Source: Phoronis australis
Lineage: Eukaryota; Animalia; Phoronida
Assembly (NCBI GenBank): GCA_002633005.1
Contig: NMRA01000424.1
Location: forward strand, 10,815 to 74,814
Length of the DNA: 64,000 nucleotides
Direction: 5' to 3'
Notes under the pieces: generated by a model
The model's input: only the letters and a program-made list of their open reading frames with translations
Told to the model about the DNA's origin: nothing
Database searches by the model: none
Program-made: the position numbers and the translations under genes
Shown: piece after piece, positions 24,630-37,563 of the stretch
Position numbering within the stretch: position 1 is the first letter of the stretch
Layout: every line of letters begins with the position of its first letter

Positions 24630-24910
24630 CCGATTTCATGGACAGTTTCATGTTAAACCTGGTTTTAAGTGGACTTAGACCATGTTTAAAGATAATCCAC
24701 ATTTCATGAAGGTGGTTTAACTTTAGACTGGTGGTCCAGTAAAACCCGGTTTAACTCCAGTTTAAACCTGGTCTAAGACGCTTTTCATTTCACTATCGTG
24801 GTCTAAATTTCTTAGACCTGTACTAGGAATCAGAACTGGTTCCTAGACTTGTACCAAGACCTTAAACCAGGTTAAACTTTAGACTTGGTCAGACCCAGGT
24901 TTAACACTGT
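24630..24910. repeat. Cluster of short palindromic AAACCTGGTT/TTAGACC repeats (MITE-like remnant)
   Basis: Repeated AAACCTGGT, TTAGAC and GGTCTAA motifs in both orientations. Confidence 0.5.
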
Positions 24911-25077
24911 TAAAGGTGCCTGACTCAGACTTGCGCGATATACATGTGCTCAACCATGCAGCTGAAAGATGTTCCAGCATTAGTCGCCGATGCAATTTTA
25001 GAGCAAGAGTAAACTATTTTCAAATTTTCGACAACACAAGACTTCGAGAACTGGCAAAACAGACAATGACAGAAATC

Positions 25078-25130
25078 ATGTCATAGGGAACAAGATTATG
25101 GTGTCATCATAATCTTGTTCCCTATGACAT
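25078..25130. repeat. Perfect 23-bp inverted repeat, 7-nt spacer
   Basis: ATGTCATAGGGAACAAGATTATG-GTGTCAT-CATAATCTTGTTCCCTATGACAT. Confidence 0.95.
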
Positions 25131-26249
25131 TGATTTTTTCTGTAAGCAGTTCTGTGAGGAAATCTTTTTTCCGCAGGAGAAAAGTTTTCCGACTTTTCTA
25201 CTCCTTTTATTGCTGTGACAGAGCCACCTGGAAATGTATGTCTGCACTGATTCTACCAATATCTAGTGCTGTCACAATACTCACATGGTAACACTTGTGT
25301 TGGCTACAGTCATAGGTCACACTCATGTCCATGGAGCTAAGAAACTTTCCATCACATTGGCTTTTCTTTTGTTGTTTGGTTTTTTGGGATATTGAATTTA
25401 CAATTGTGATATGCAGTAATAGTGCAAAGGAGGGATTATGCTTACAATGTAGTCACTTGTTAAATCAAAGTAAACAGCGTAAGCTGGCCTCAATTTGGGA
25501 GACATATTTGCGAAAACATTTTTGGCCAAATAATGCATTTTTGAGAACACTTAAAAATGTATATGACCTAGGACTTCTTTGGTTCAACTACAAGGACATA
25601 CCTATTTCGGGTATGATAAAAGGTTAATCATTTTTTTTTGTTTTTGCCAATCATACTTGACCAAAATGTAAGTAATGTCTAAGGTTATAAAATATTGTTC
25701 AAGTGAAAACATTCTGTTAAATGTATGCAACAAAGCCTGATGTTTGAATTAATGATTTTGCTCACGCCAGAATCCAAATGGCCCAGACTGTAAGGTCTTG
25801 CTTGGCCATTTATTGTACTTGAGTGTAAGGCCTGGACATACCCTATACCTATTGAGTATAATGGGGATGCCTTGTATTAGACTCTAGCTTATTGTCCCAC
25901 TTCCCCATAATAGAGTACCCTTCCTTTCAGAATGCCATCCCAGGCAATAAAGCCAGAACTATAGGGCCATACTTGTCTAAAGCTATATGGTGTTAACTGT
26001 TTAGAATGAGTTATGAATGTGTGTTTATTTCCTCCCTGAGAGGATGGCATCACCTGGCTGTCACAGCCATGCCACGTGAAAGGAACTTGTTTTTGTTTTT
26101 CTTCTAAGTAGGTCGGTGAAATAGGTCATTCCCTTTCGTTTTCATTGGCTAGTAAAACCATTGTGCACTGGCTTGTTTTTTTTGTGCTGGAGGAAGGTTG
26201 ACACTTGTTTAATGTGAGCCCAGGTTAGTGGATAGAATAAAGTTGTTGA

Positions 26250-26367
26250 CAACCGATGTCATTGAATGAACGTGGTCATACATTACGAGAGTGCTTGGCG
26301 GGAGTAGTAATTATTGAATCATTTCTTCTGTAACTTGGGGAAGTCTGAGTTCGAATTTCGCTACCAG
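26250..26367 (+). promoter_or_regulatory. Candidate proximal 5' non-coding exon of GS copy A
   Basis: Consensus donor CAG|GTAAGT at 26368 within a local CpG-enriched patch; E-box and reverse CCAAT upstream; coding exon 1 has an acceptor 29 nt before the ATG. The start coordinate is approximate. Confidence 0.4.
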
Positions 26368-29300
26368 GTAAGTTTTTGGTTATCTATTTCATGAACATGC
26401 ATAAACGACATTTAGCGCCGTGGATTTTCTTTTGTGGCTTTTCAAAACAGCTCCAAACGCTAGCCGGTAAACCAACCCAAACTCGGTTTACGAGCTGACT
26501 TGGCAAACTCTAAGCGCGTGCTAAACTATTTGGCATAAAAATGAAGTGTTGATTTAGACCATTTACCATAAGAACACTTGTCTGACCTTGTTCCTTACTC
26601 ACTTAAGAAGTGGTTTCTGTGTTCTGATAGGAACGATAGTTCGTAATTTCTTCAGAACAATCTCACCATATTTCACTTCACGGCATGATCTAAAAGTTTA
26701 TGAACTCGGGAGCAATGAACTAATAGTCCTTCCCAACCCCACCCAGGAATCACCTGTTTAAATTAATGGGCGATTTTATATCCATTTCATACCTCTAAGT
26801 GGTCTAAATCAAAACTGGTTTGACGGAAAACACAGATTTAATGGTGCGGCAGATTTCTGTAATGTTAGAGTTAAAATCTACATACTGTGATTGATGTGTC
26901 CTTCACAAATATTTCCGATGAGAGTAGTTTTGGAGTTGTTGAGGGACCCGCCTATCCAACTTAGGACCTACTACGAGTTCTGTGTTGGGCACATTTATGG
27001 AAAGGAGGGTATTTATATTTTAGTAGGGCTACTGTTAAACGGTCAAGATTTCTAACAACTGCCAGAACTTAAAGCAAACTTCTTGTAAAAGTTTCGTTTT
27101 CCAAGACTGGTACACAGTTACCTCAAGGAAACAGAAAGCTTTCTGCCGGACTTGAAGCCACTTCCATGGCTTGGGATTCAGTCCTACCACCACGTATGCT
27201 CTCCACATTGGCAATTTATTTTAGTGTAATTCTTTACGGTAGTTGGACAAAGTCCTGGCTGACCAGGCCGAAATGTCAATTTTAGTCTTTCCGTAAGTGA
27301 TTTCGCTGCATTTACCCATGTTAGTATTTTATCAAAAAATTTTCTGAAAAAATTTCTGATCTATATTTTTGTAGAGAAATTTAACAAAATAAAACATCAT
27401 TTGTCGGCCATGTTGTTTGTGAAGCACTACTATATGTGGTTAACTCCAATAAACTACCGTATAATGGTTAAAAATGTAAAATGGTTTGAATAGCTCCGTA
27501 GTTAGAATGGAGTTGTGAATTTTTAGGAGGTTTAGTTTTTATATTTCATAGTTCCTCAGATCCTGTTTTGTTACAGTTTAAAATCGATTATGTGGTGTAC
27601 TGCATTTTCCAATTATTTTTGATGTGTGATACTGTATATTGTAAGCTTGCTGTCTGTCTGGAAAAATGCCTGCTGGCAATTTTAATAAGATCTTGGGTAA
27701 TTGTTCATGTACTGTTGTGTTGTAAGTGGGCAAGTTCAGTGTATAGAAAGAATCCATTCATGTCCAACAGGCCATTCAATCCCTTTAGTGGTCTCCAGCA
27801 GGTGAGAGGTTGACCAGTGCACTTAAGTATGGGTCACACCTTCTAAAGTTGAAATGTACCTTACTACATTGTCTGGCCTTTTCCTTGTTGGATTTGTGTA
27901 CTCTGTTGAATACACAGGGTAAAAGGGGGTCTTTCTTTTTGGCCAGCACCACATTTGCCACCTGGCCTCCTGTGTGCTCCAGTTGCATGAAACAGCCCCA
28001 AATAGGTACTCGCGTAAGCTCCCTAAATATGCTACTTATTTGTGGACTAGTTAAAGCTGTTCGTGTCTTTTCATGCTGATTTAGTTTCCTTTGATCCAAG
28101 TCTAGAATGAATGCTATGTTGAACTTTTCATGCAGCGGCCACTATGCTACATCACTAATTATGTCATTAAACTAAAGGCTCAGTTTTAAGTTCCGTTAGT
28201 GGCATAGATTCAGTGCCAAGGATTTTCGTTTGAACCTGTGCCCTTAGGGCACATTGATGATAAAAAGTGTGACTTTTAAAAAGTTGTGGCCAGCAGACTT
28301 GGTGAAATTAAAGCGGTAACATTTTATTATGAAACAGAAACCCCAAGGGCAATCGAAATGAGAACAGAGTCATGTTCATGTTGTATTTTTAATTAAAAAT
28401 TTGTTCAAAAAAGCAATCTCACAAAGACTTCAAACAGGCAGACGGTTCTGCAGCTGAGGCGGAATAAGAGTACAATCACATGACTGACATGCCAAACCAA
28501 CAAGCAGGCAATCTGGCTGCAAGTTGACCAGAATCTTACATTTGTGGAAAAGTGTTGTGTTTTAAAAGATGTGCCGGAGTGTGATGTACTTGCGTCTTTT
28601 TATTCGTATACATGCACTAATGGTGCAAAGGTAATGTCCAGGATTATTCCCGAGTGCTGTGAACTTTTCTGTAACTGTCATAAGAGTTATCGATAATTGT
28701 CTCCAATTTGAGACAAGGGCAAGTGAAAAAATTGGTCATTTTCATTTTTGAAAGGCTTGCGTACCTGTGAACGGTGACAGTTTCTCAGAAGTGGCTGGTG
28801 GTATCTATGCTATAGATCTTTAAAATGTTGTCACATTTAGTATTGTGCGCTACTTATCATCTTGTCAGCCATGTTGGGTCCTGAATTGGCGAGATTAAAC
28901 GTAAATGAATTGCACCATTTGCTGAGCATCAAATATTTTTGATTGGATTGTTAGCTTTCAACTAGAGTTCCACAATACAAGTTGACTGCTGTTGCATTTC
29001 TCAAATTAACATGAGCCACGGCATACAGAATGTGAAACGAAAGGTTTGAATAGTACAGTGTGTATAAGTGTAAATCTATATCTAGTATTGTTTACATGAT
29101 GGCTGTCATATATATGCAAGATAATTATACTATATAAGTATTTTTACATTACCTTGAAGATTACCCACTTCCGTAGTACACTATAAGGTGGTCACTTAAA
29201 AATTTCTTTCAATATTAGTAGTCCATTAGTCTAAAGTTGCATAGTATCTTTTTCCACAATATTAGTAGACTTAGTAAAGTGAAATTACTCTGATTTTGGG

Positions 29301-30195
29301 GTTACTTTTGTCCTGACTTGGTGAGACCTTACAGTATGTGAGGCTTGATTTCTGAGTTTTTCTGTGTCAATGCTTCAAATGATGTGATATTTACTCAAAC
29401 AAAATAAGAAAATGTAAAAACTATATTATAGTATTGACTCTATCTTATCAGATTTATATTGAATTGGCCATCTCGATTTTCCCTAGCACGAGACGTAATA
29501 AAGGATGTATGGATTTCGAAATTTATTTTGTATAGAAATTATTTCTTTCTCTGCAGAATGTGGTATTGAAATGATACTTAGCGATATCCCAGTCGAAATC
29601 AATGTTTCCCCAACATGTTCAGACAGCTGTTATGCACAAAGGTAATTAGTTTGGTATTGATTTTGATGTGAGGTACATGACCCACTGCAGTTTCATAAAA
29701 TTGTGACCTGAAGCATTGTTGCTGTTGCTGTAAACAGTAAATGGGTGTGTGGGTTATCAAGTGGGAGTGCCCTATGACGTGAATAGTTTGTGTGCCAATG
29801 TCCTACCGCATGTAGTTCGTATTATTCAACTTGCGTCAGCCAAACCTGAATTCCTCAGACTTCAAGTAATGTGCTCATCTGGAATGTGACGGCTTTTCTA
29901 TTGGTCCATAAAATTAAAGTTAATAGTTGGCGACAGTGTTTTGATTGTCACCAACGGTTTTTGGCTGTGTTGTTTTGTTCATTGTGTTGTTGTTTTTTAT
30001 TGGTTTGCGTGGTATCACATGACCTAGAAAGTGCTTTACACATGCTTGAATGTGAATGATGAATCATGATTCAGGCGTGTGATGTTTTGGAAAACCTCCC
30101 TCCAGTCCACACTCACTTCAATTTGGCCTGGAGCCTGTTTTATGAAAGTGACCTAAGACAGAAATTTGGTCTCTCACTCCCACTTCACAATTGCT

Positions 30196-30488
30196 CTGGG
30201 CTTGGAATTTTCCGCGGAAACGCGGATTTCTGCTTTTTTCAAATGTTCTGTCCGCGCATTTTATTATATTTCCGCGTAAAAAAATCGGATTTGATATAAA
30301 ATTTCCGCGGCAAATTCCTTTCGACGACGTTCACCTCGAAAAGCGGAAGTTGCTCTTTATTTTTTTTTTAGTCCAACCGATTTTTGTCGGCGAAAGGTTC
30401 ACATCGACTATTTCAAGGCTGGGGTAGCGCGCATGTTTTGGGCCGTAAAAGTTTCCGCGTTTTTTGTCATTGGTCATTCCAAGCCCTG
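30196..30488. mobile_element. MITE with 6-bp TSD (hAT-like termini)
   Basis: TIR CTGGGCTTGGAAT / ATTCCAAGCCCTG; perfect TSD ATTGCT (30190-30195, 30489-30494); internal TTCCGCG repeats. Confidence 0.85.
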
Positions 30489-31304
30489 ATTGCTGAAAAA
30501 ATGTTTAGTCAAGTAATTGTGAGTGGATGACAATTTATAGTTTTAGAAATTATCTCGGTAACTAGCAGTTATGTGTATATTCAACATTTTGGCTTTTTGT
30601 TTCAGTGAGATTTAATCGTTTTTCAAAAATATTTGTGTGGAGCTTCAGACCAAATTTTAGTCGTGTGTCACTTTTCACGAAACAAACGTGTATTGTGAAG
30701 ACAGGTTGCCACTCCTGTACCCGTGGTTTACCCTTATACACAATACACGGTAAAGCAAAACAGAAACTGCAGCTGGGAGGGAGGTGAAATGATGATTGTC
30801 CTGTAAGGGTATGTGGCCTGCAGTAGTTCCTGACATTCGAAAACGAAAAAATGGGATTTAGTAGCTGGACGGCCACATCTGAAGCAACTTTTTGGCCAGA
30901 ACACCCTGGGACATCCCGGGCAATGTTTAACTTTGTCGGTCATGCCGACTAATTAAAACCAAAAAAAATAAGCTTTAGGTATATTATGTGGAAAAGTATT
31001 GTATAGTGATGCAAATTTTGTCACGTGTCTCATACAGCTAGACATTCCGATGTTGTTGCGGGATGCGAAACTAAGCTTCAAAAAGTGTAATGGTCAGGCT
31101 AAATGTAGGACAGGTTGCAAGTATGGGTTGTGTAAATTCTGTAGTTAAAGGACTCTCTTGGCATGCAGTGCATTGTCTAAAACTGATTTGGTCCTAGCAA
31201 TGTAGACGAGTGACTGGTATTTGGCATCAACTCAGTCACTGATCGTGTAATGTCATAACTCTTGACTGATTTCAGATTAGCTGCCAAGAACTGTCACAAT
31301 ATCA

Positions 31305-31476
31305 ATGGCGGGAGCAAACTTCCCCGGACAAACCGACAAGCGAGTCTTGGAACATTACCTCACGTTACCACAGCCAAAAACGTGTGTCCAGTTACTCTAT
31401 ATCTGGATCGATGGCACTGGCGAGGGGCTAAGGTCAAAGTCAAGGACTTGGGAAAGTGTGCCAAAATCGGTGGAAG
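31305..31476 (+). CDS. GLUL: Glutamine synthetase II copy A, coding exon 1 (172 nt)
   Basis: [40 protein letters not shown]; acceptor TTTCAG at 31275, donor G|GTGAGT. Confidence 0.95.
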
Positions 31477-32854
31477 GTGAGTTGGACACTTGAAATTGGC
31501 TGAATAATGTGGCGGATTTCGCTACTGGAAAAGGTGATTAAAAAGTTAACCATGAAATTGAGCCCGTGTAGTTGCCGTTGACATCGCCCCAGCTGTTCAT
31601 TCTGTGTTGGACCTGTTTATTGCTGCTACTTCTGTATATGCGGAGGATGTAGAGTATTTTGGTGAAACCGTCAATCGTGTACGTGTTGTGTAGCCTGTGT
31701 CGTCGCTGGGAGGAATAACTGGGTTGGAGACTGATTGTATGTACATCCATTCCTAAAATTTAAGGAGAAGAAGGAACATGGGTGCCTTTGTAGGAGTGCG
31801 ACTTTTTTGGTGGACGAAAATTAATGCCGGATAGTGAGCCTCAGCCGGTGATATCGTTTTCAATTTTGCCTTCTCAGATTTCATTTGGTGACCAGGGATT
31901 TTTGCCATTTCGTCAAATGCGACTTGGGATTTATTTTTAATGTCGAGCACTGTAGTTTAATTGGTGTCCTTTGCATACTACAACTAAAAACACAATGCAA
32001 TATTAGGCCCTGGAGTCGGGTAGTTGCCTCTCTGGGCTTCATCTTGAACTATTGTTGAGGTTACGATGAGGGGTCAGTTGTCCTGTGCTTATGTTGTGTT
32101 GTGAGCATTTTGTGATTTTTTCCTCTGTTTCCATGTTAACCTTGTGAAAATTAGTCACTCTCTGTTTAGATCAGTCGGGTTTGTTGGAATACAGGGGTGT
32201 ATTCTGATCTCTGTTCACGAAGGGCAATTACTGCATCAGCGTTATTCAGGGTTTGGAATTTTCCTCATTTACAAGGATTTCCTCTTATTTGGATTCAATT
32301 TCATTTTATCTGATTCCTACTGTCCTCTTTCTTTATCTCGTTTTTATCATTATTTTGACCTTATTCATGCAAAACCGTTGTTTCAGTTAAATTTTACAGC
32401 ACAAAAAATATGCATCATACAAGCCTATTTCTTTGTGAAAGGATGCGTAACCTGAAGAACCTATCGTTCTTGGTCAGTCCAAGCCCTGGGTATAAACAAC
32501 CAGTCCTCCATAGTTTTGGATAAATCTGCAGACGTATTTCTTCTTCTTTGTCCTGCACAAGGTTTTAGCTCGTCCCGTAATGTGGTAGTATGTAGCTTTT
32601 GGCGCGATGAGAGGTATCTAAAGGGAGGTTTGGATTAATCTCGGTCCTTATTTCCATTTTTCCCATACGTGCATTATATCATCAAAAAAATCTACTATCA
32701 GCAACTCCTAAAACAGGAATTCATGTTGTTAGTGTTGCCCAAATCGTTGGGATTTGTAGAAAGTTGTTTGGTATTGCATTTAAGTGTCACACTTTAATAA
32801 TAATAACTCCGTGATCCCTCTCCATTTGTAAGTATCAATGTTTCTTCATTGCAG

Positions 32855-33016
32855 AACTTCCCGAATGGAACTTTGACGGGTCTAGCACGGGCCAGGCTGA
32901 GGGATCTAACTCGGATGTCTACCTGCGCCCTGTGGCCATGTACAATGACCCCTTCAGGAGGGGTGACAACAAACTGGTGCTCTGTCAGACTTTAAAGTAC
33001 AACAAGGAACCAACAG
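32855..33016 (+). CDS. GLUL: Glutamine synthetase II copy A, exon 2 (162 nt)
   Basis: [43 protein letters not shown]; AG/GT boundaries in phase. Absent from the ORF track. Confidence 0.95.
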
Positions 33017-33454
33017 GTGGGTCTGCAGGCACTTCATGCTGGGTGCAACTTTCAGGTTGCACACGATAAGTGTATGGGTCATCCCACTCCTACTTGTTCA
33101 CAATAAGTTTCCTACGAAAGGTTGCTCTAAAAAGGTGTACCTCACAAAATGTTAGTCAAATACTTTTTCTCCTGAGGCATCTATAGTCTTGATTGGCGAG
33201 CTATACATTATCAATTTTTACAACACCGTGTTCATTTGCAATAGACTTGTGTACATTCGTTTTGCTCAAGATGCTGTAATCTTGCTCAAGCTTTGATAAT
33301 GCTTTTTTTAGTTAAGTCGATGTGTTGAGTTGTGACTATGCTCATCCAGTGACGTAAGTCGTAGATGCTGCTTGAACATTGCCTCTTTGTGGATTTTAGG
33401 ATTGCTCATGTGTCCACTTTCCCTCGATGATATTCCCGTCTTTCTCTCTAACAG

Positions 33455-33601
33455 AAACCAACTTTAGACAGTCATGTGAAAAAGTGATGACCGAAGCTAG
33501 GGACGCCCACCCGTGGTTTGGTATCGAACAAGAGTATACCCTTTTGGACTATGACAAGCACCCATTTGGCTGGCCCAAGTGTGGCTTCCCTGGACCTCAG
33601 G
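33455..33601 (+). CDS. GLUL: Glutamine synthetase II copy A, exon 3 (147 nt)
   Basis: [29 protein letters not shown]. Confidence 0.95.
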
Positions 33602-34282
33602 GTAATTATGTTAGGCACATAAGAACACAAGTCTCCTCTCGTGATCCACCATTTTTTTCTGGTATCTTGTCCCAATTAAGTGGTGCTTTGGAAAATTGAT
33701 AATTTGGGGTGCTGAACATTCTGTTGGACTGGATTCAACTTACTGTTGCATTGGCTCAGTTCATATGTCAGGTGTTAGTATGTTTGCGCTAACCATTCAC
33801 TGGACCAATTGTTAATCAGAATTTGAGTTACGAAATATCAGTTAGAGAGGATGTGCTTATCCTTCCTCAAGAAATTGTTCAGGTGTTCTTACTGACAATG
33901 TTCTTCGCTTGTCACACCTATTCGTTTCGTATGAGCCTACATTCATTTCTCTGTTACACTAAATTTCCCGTTGCGGTATTAGTTGTTACTATTACATTAC
34001 TAGACAAAATTATTAGACAAAATGACATGGAATTCCCTATCGTGACGGCAGAAGCCAAATTCATCGCCAGAGTAGTCTTCCTTAATGACGAGAGTGGAGG
34101 GAAATTAACGAGAACCTCGGTAACCTTGGCATGCTATAAGCGGTAGTTTGACTCCACAATAGGTATTGGTGACCATTTTTGCTGTTCACAGGATTAGCTG
34201 TCACAGCACGTAAACAGTGTTCAAGTCTTGTTCTGTGGTTAGTGTGTATTGTGAGGTAAGATTTTGCTTTGTCTCTATTCAG

Positions 34283-34410
34283 GACCGTATTATTGTGGCG
34301 TGGGATCCAACAAAGTGTTTGGTCGAGATATCGTTGAGGCGCACTACCGGGCCTGCATGTATGCGGGAATCAAAATTTCAGGAACCAATGCCGAGGTCAT
34401 GCCTGCGCAG
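34283..34410 (+). CDS. GLUL: Glutamine synthetase II copy A, exon 4 (128 nt)
   Basis: [42 protein letters not shown]; CAG|GTAAAA donor. Confidence 0.95.
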
Positions 34411-34924
34411 GTAAAAGGTTCTTCCTGACATAAGTTGAATGAAGAGAACCCCGCGCTGCTGCTGCAGTGCTGTGGTTTGCAGTTTAAACTGTTGCAGTCT
34501 TTTTCACAGTGATCCTATGTGGAAAGAATTAATTATTCAATGAAATGTGGGACAGGTCAGTGTCAAAGATCTGAGTTGACTTTGAAAGCCGCAGCATGGC
34601 GTATTCAGGCTCACTCACACTACTGATAATTTTACTGTTTAGTAGTTTTTCCACCCTTCGACAATGTGAACCACTAGGGTACGGCGTGCCTTGTATTCTG
34701 TTCTTTTTTTGCTTTTTTATTTGAATTTGTTGCAAATTGAAATCCTACATTGGAACAGTAGGCTATTGAATAGATCGCAAATTTTAAGAAATTGTCTGAA
34801 ATATGTGCCAAAGTATCTTGTCCGCTTTCCTGTCAGCGCAGGCTATGGGAAAGCTGCTGGCGACTGGCAGAAAAGAAATGGCGTGAGAACCCAGGCCTCA
34901 CCGGGAGTATTCTTATATTTCCAG

Positions 34925-35124
34925 TGGGAGTTCCAAGTGGGGCCATGCGAAGGAATCGAAATGGGCGACCAGTTGTGGGTGGCCAGGTACATTTTGCACC
35001 GTGTCGCCGAGGACTTTGGGGTCATTGTCAGTCTTGACCCGAAGCCTATGACTGGCGACTGGAACGGCGCTGGCGCTCATACCAACTACAGTACCTTAGC
35101 CATGAGGCAAGAAGGGGGCATCAA
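34925..35124 (+). CDS. GLUL: Glutamine synthetase II copy A, exon 5 (200 nt)
   Basis: [31 protein letters not shown]. Confidence 0.95.
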
Positions 35125-35916
35125 GTAAGTATGTCTTGCTGTTCTGCCTTCATACATTATCACTTGTCTCCACTGGTGGCGCTGTGACATATCAGTGGAA
35201 TGATTCTGTGTCATGCCATTGGCGTGATATCGTATCAGTGTAATGATACTGTGTCATGTGGTTGGGTTGATGACATATATCTTGTCAGTAGAATGATAAT
35301 GTATAGTGCTGGTGGAAATAATGCTGTGTCGTGCTGGCAGGGCGATAGAATGCTATTTTATGTCTAAAGTATGTTAACTTATGTCCGCATATCATGTCTC
35401 TGAACTGATGACATACGTATGGTGCAAGGCCCTCTGTTGTTAGGATGACAAGTTTCTTGGAATTCATTGTATCTTGTTGGTTGGATGAAATGGTACTTCA
35501 CAGCAGCTCAACACCATTTCATTTTATAAACAGACAGTAGCTTTTAATTGTCTGACATGGACAGGCTACAACTTTGAGTGGTCAATGTGTGTCTTTGGGC
35601 ATTTACCTTATTGTGCTGCCTAAAGTTCCTTTGTTAGCCATAAAACGCTATGCATTCATCAACATTGCTGTATAGTTTGTGTGTAATGTCGACCACATGT
35701 CTGATTTTACCTGAATGAGGTGATGATAAAACGGCGAGTTGCGCGTGTGATCCCATTAGAAATTTCATGAACTGAGGTGCTCATAATGCACTAGTCCGTG
35801 TCGTATTTTGAATTGCAATGAAGGTTGTGAAGTGACCATGACCACGCAGGCTTGCAAGTGACATTGCTTGTAAATGACTGTTGATATTCAAAAGCTGTAC
35901 CTTTGTGTCTTCGCAG

Positions 35917-36097
35917 ATACATTGAAGAGGCCATCGAAAAGTTGGGCAAACACCATATCCGGCATATCAAGGCATATGACCCGAAGCAGGGACGAGACAA
36001 TGAGCGACGCCTGACGGGACGCCACGAAACCTCCAGCATCCATGACTTCTCAGCAGGGGTGGCCAATCGCGGTGCTAGCATTCGGATCCCACGCGAT
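35917..36097 (+). CDS. GLUL: Glutamine synthetase II copy A, exon 6 (181 nt)
   Basis: [35 protein letters not shown]; donor GTGAGT. Confidence 0.95.
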
Positions 36098-36576
36098 GTG
36101 AGTCGCTTGCTTCACTCTAACACTATTTCCAAAAGCCATTGAGTGGTCCTTTGCTCAGTGTTGGTTTTTGAATGAAATTCCACCCGTTTTTCTTGATGTT
36201 GCCTGGCTTGGCAATATCACTTCATTCAAGCCAGCCAGTCAACACATGTCGCTATTCGTTAACGAACTGACCCATTACAGGCTAAAGAGATCGTAAAACA
36301 ATGGCTGCATAAACCAAGTGAGCTGATGATGTAGTAATCACGGGAGAGAAATCTATTAAGAAATGGTGAAATCAGAAGTGAAACGATTGGGTTGGGATAC
36401 TGCATTATATGGACCTGTAAAGGGATATTTCATTATATGGACCTGTGAAGTGCAGTGCTGCTTACAGGGAACACTTGTCTCTGTCTCCTGGTCCTAACGT
36501 AACCTGATGTTCTACTCCAGAACGGTTCATATTTGTGTAATTTAGTTTCCCAAACATGTCAATATTCTCATTGCAG

Positions 36577-36687
36577 GTGGGTGAGAAAGGTCAGGGCTAT
36601 CTGGAAGATCGACGTCCAGCATCCAACTGCGATCCCTACAAAGTAACCGAGGCAATCGTCACGACGACAGTATTAGAGAAAGACTAA
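36577..36687 (+). CDS. GLUL: Glutamine synthetase II copy A, exon 7 (terminal)
   Basis: [36 protein letters not shown]; total CDS 1101 nt = 366 aa. Confidence 0.95.
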   Translation: MGEKGQGYLEDRRPASNCDPYKVTEAIVTTTVLEKD

Positions 36688-37500
36688 TAGTTGTTGTGAA
36701 TGGCTAGCCAATGTATTGGAGTATTTATCACTATGTCAAGGAAGTACTTCAGGTGTCACCTACTAGTTAAGGGAATTTAATAATGCAGATATTTTTGTCT
36801 GGGGCTATGTTATGTCAAAATGTGTATCAAACGTGTCTTATCTATTGACGGAACTCCGGTTGTTCCACCTTCAGTGTTTTTGCTAATAGATGCTATTATG
36901 GGACAGATTCATGTTGGTCTTGGATACCTGGAAATCTATATTTTTCAAGAGATTGGTTTGCCAAAATGAGTTCCCATATTGGGAGGAAATGATGAGTTTA
37001 TGGTCACTGGCAGTTTTCAAATAAGTGGATGGATTTAGTCGAACGTAGTCGGGCTTCGTGGAAGTTATGACTTCATGGAAGTTATGTCTTCGTGGAAGGT
37101 GCCACGGAAACCCAGTAGAGAAAGGCGAGAATAACAATATGTTGTGTAGTTGCTTCAAAATGTCGCTGATTTTGTGTGAGAAGAAATTTCGGTGACTTAA
37201 TTGAAAACTTTATTTGTGATTTGCCTCTTTGTTGTTGGGATGTTTTATGTCCATGGGTTAATCACTGTCTGTTTTTGCCGGGCAGTTTATAGGGTGTTGG
37301 TGGTTTATGTAACATGACTTGAGTTTTCTCATGTCCACCTCATTTTAAGTCTCATATTTTTGCGCTGGTTATCCTTACTGTTTGTAGTCAAATGTACTCA
37401 AGTAATTTGACAAAATTACTGATTCATGTCTGCTCTGATGCCTTTTTTCACTTGCACTCGGCAACAGTCGTGATGGGAAATAGCACTTGAGCTCAGCCAT

Positions 37501-37563
37501 CATGACAGGTATTCGTCATGACAGGTGTTCGCCATGACAGGTATTCATCATGACAGGTATTCC
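37501..37563. repeat. 16-bp minisatellite x4 in the putative GS-A 3' UTR
   Basis: CATGACAGGTATTCGT unit, four near-identical copies. Confidence 0.9.

Noticed and set aside
11063-36687. Functional TLR-GS gene cluster
   Set aside because: Adjacency alone in an animal genome is not evidence of a shared pathway, and no shared regulatory signal was seen.
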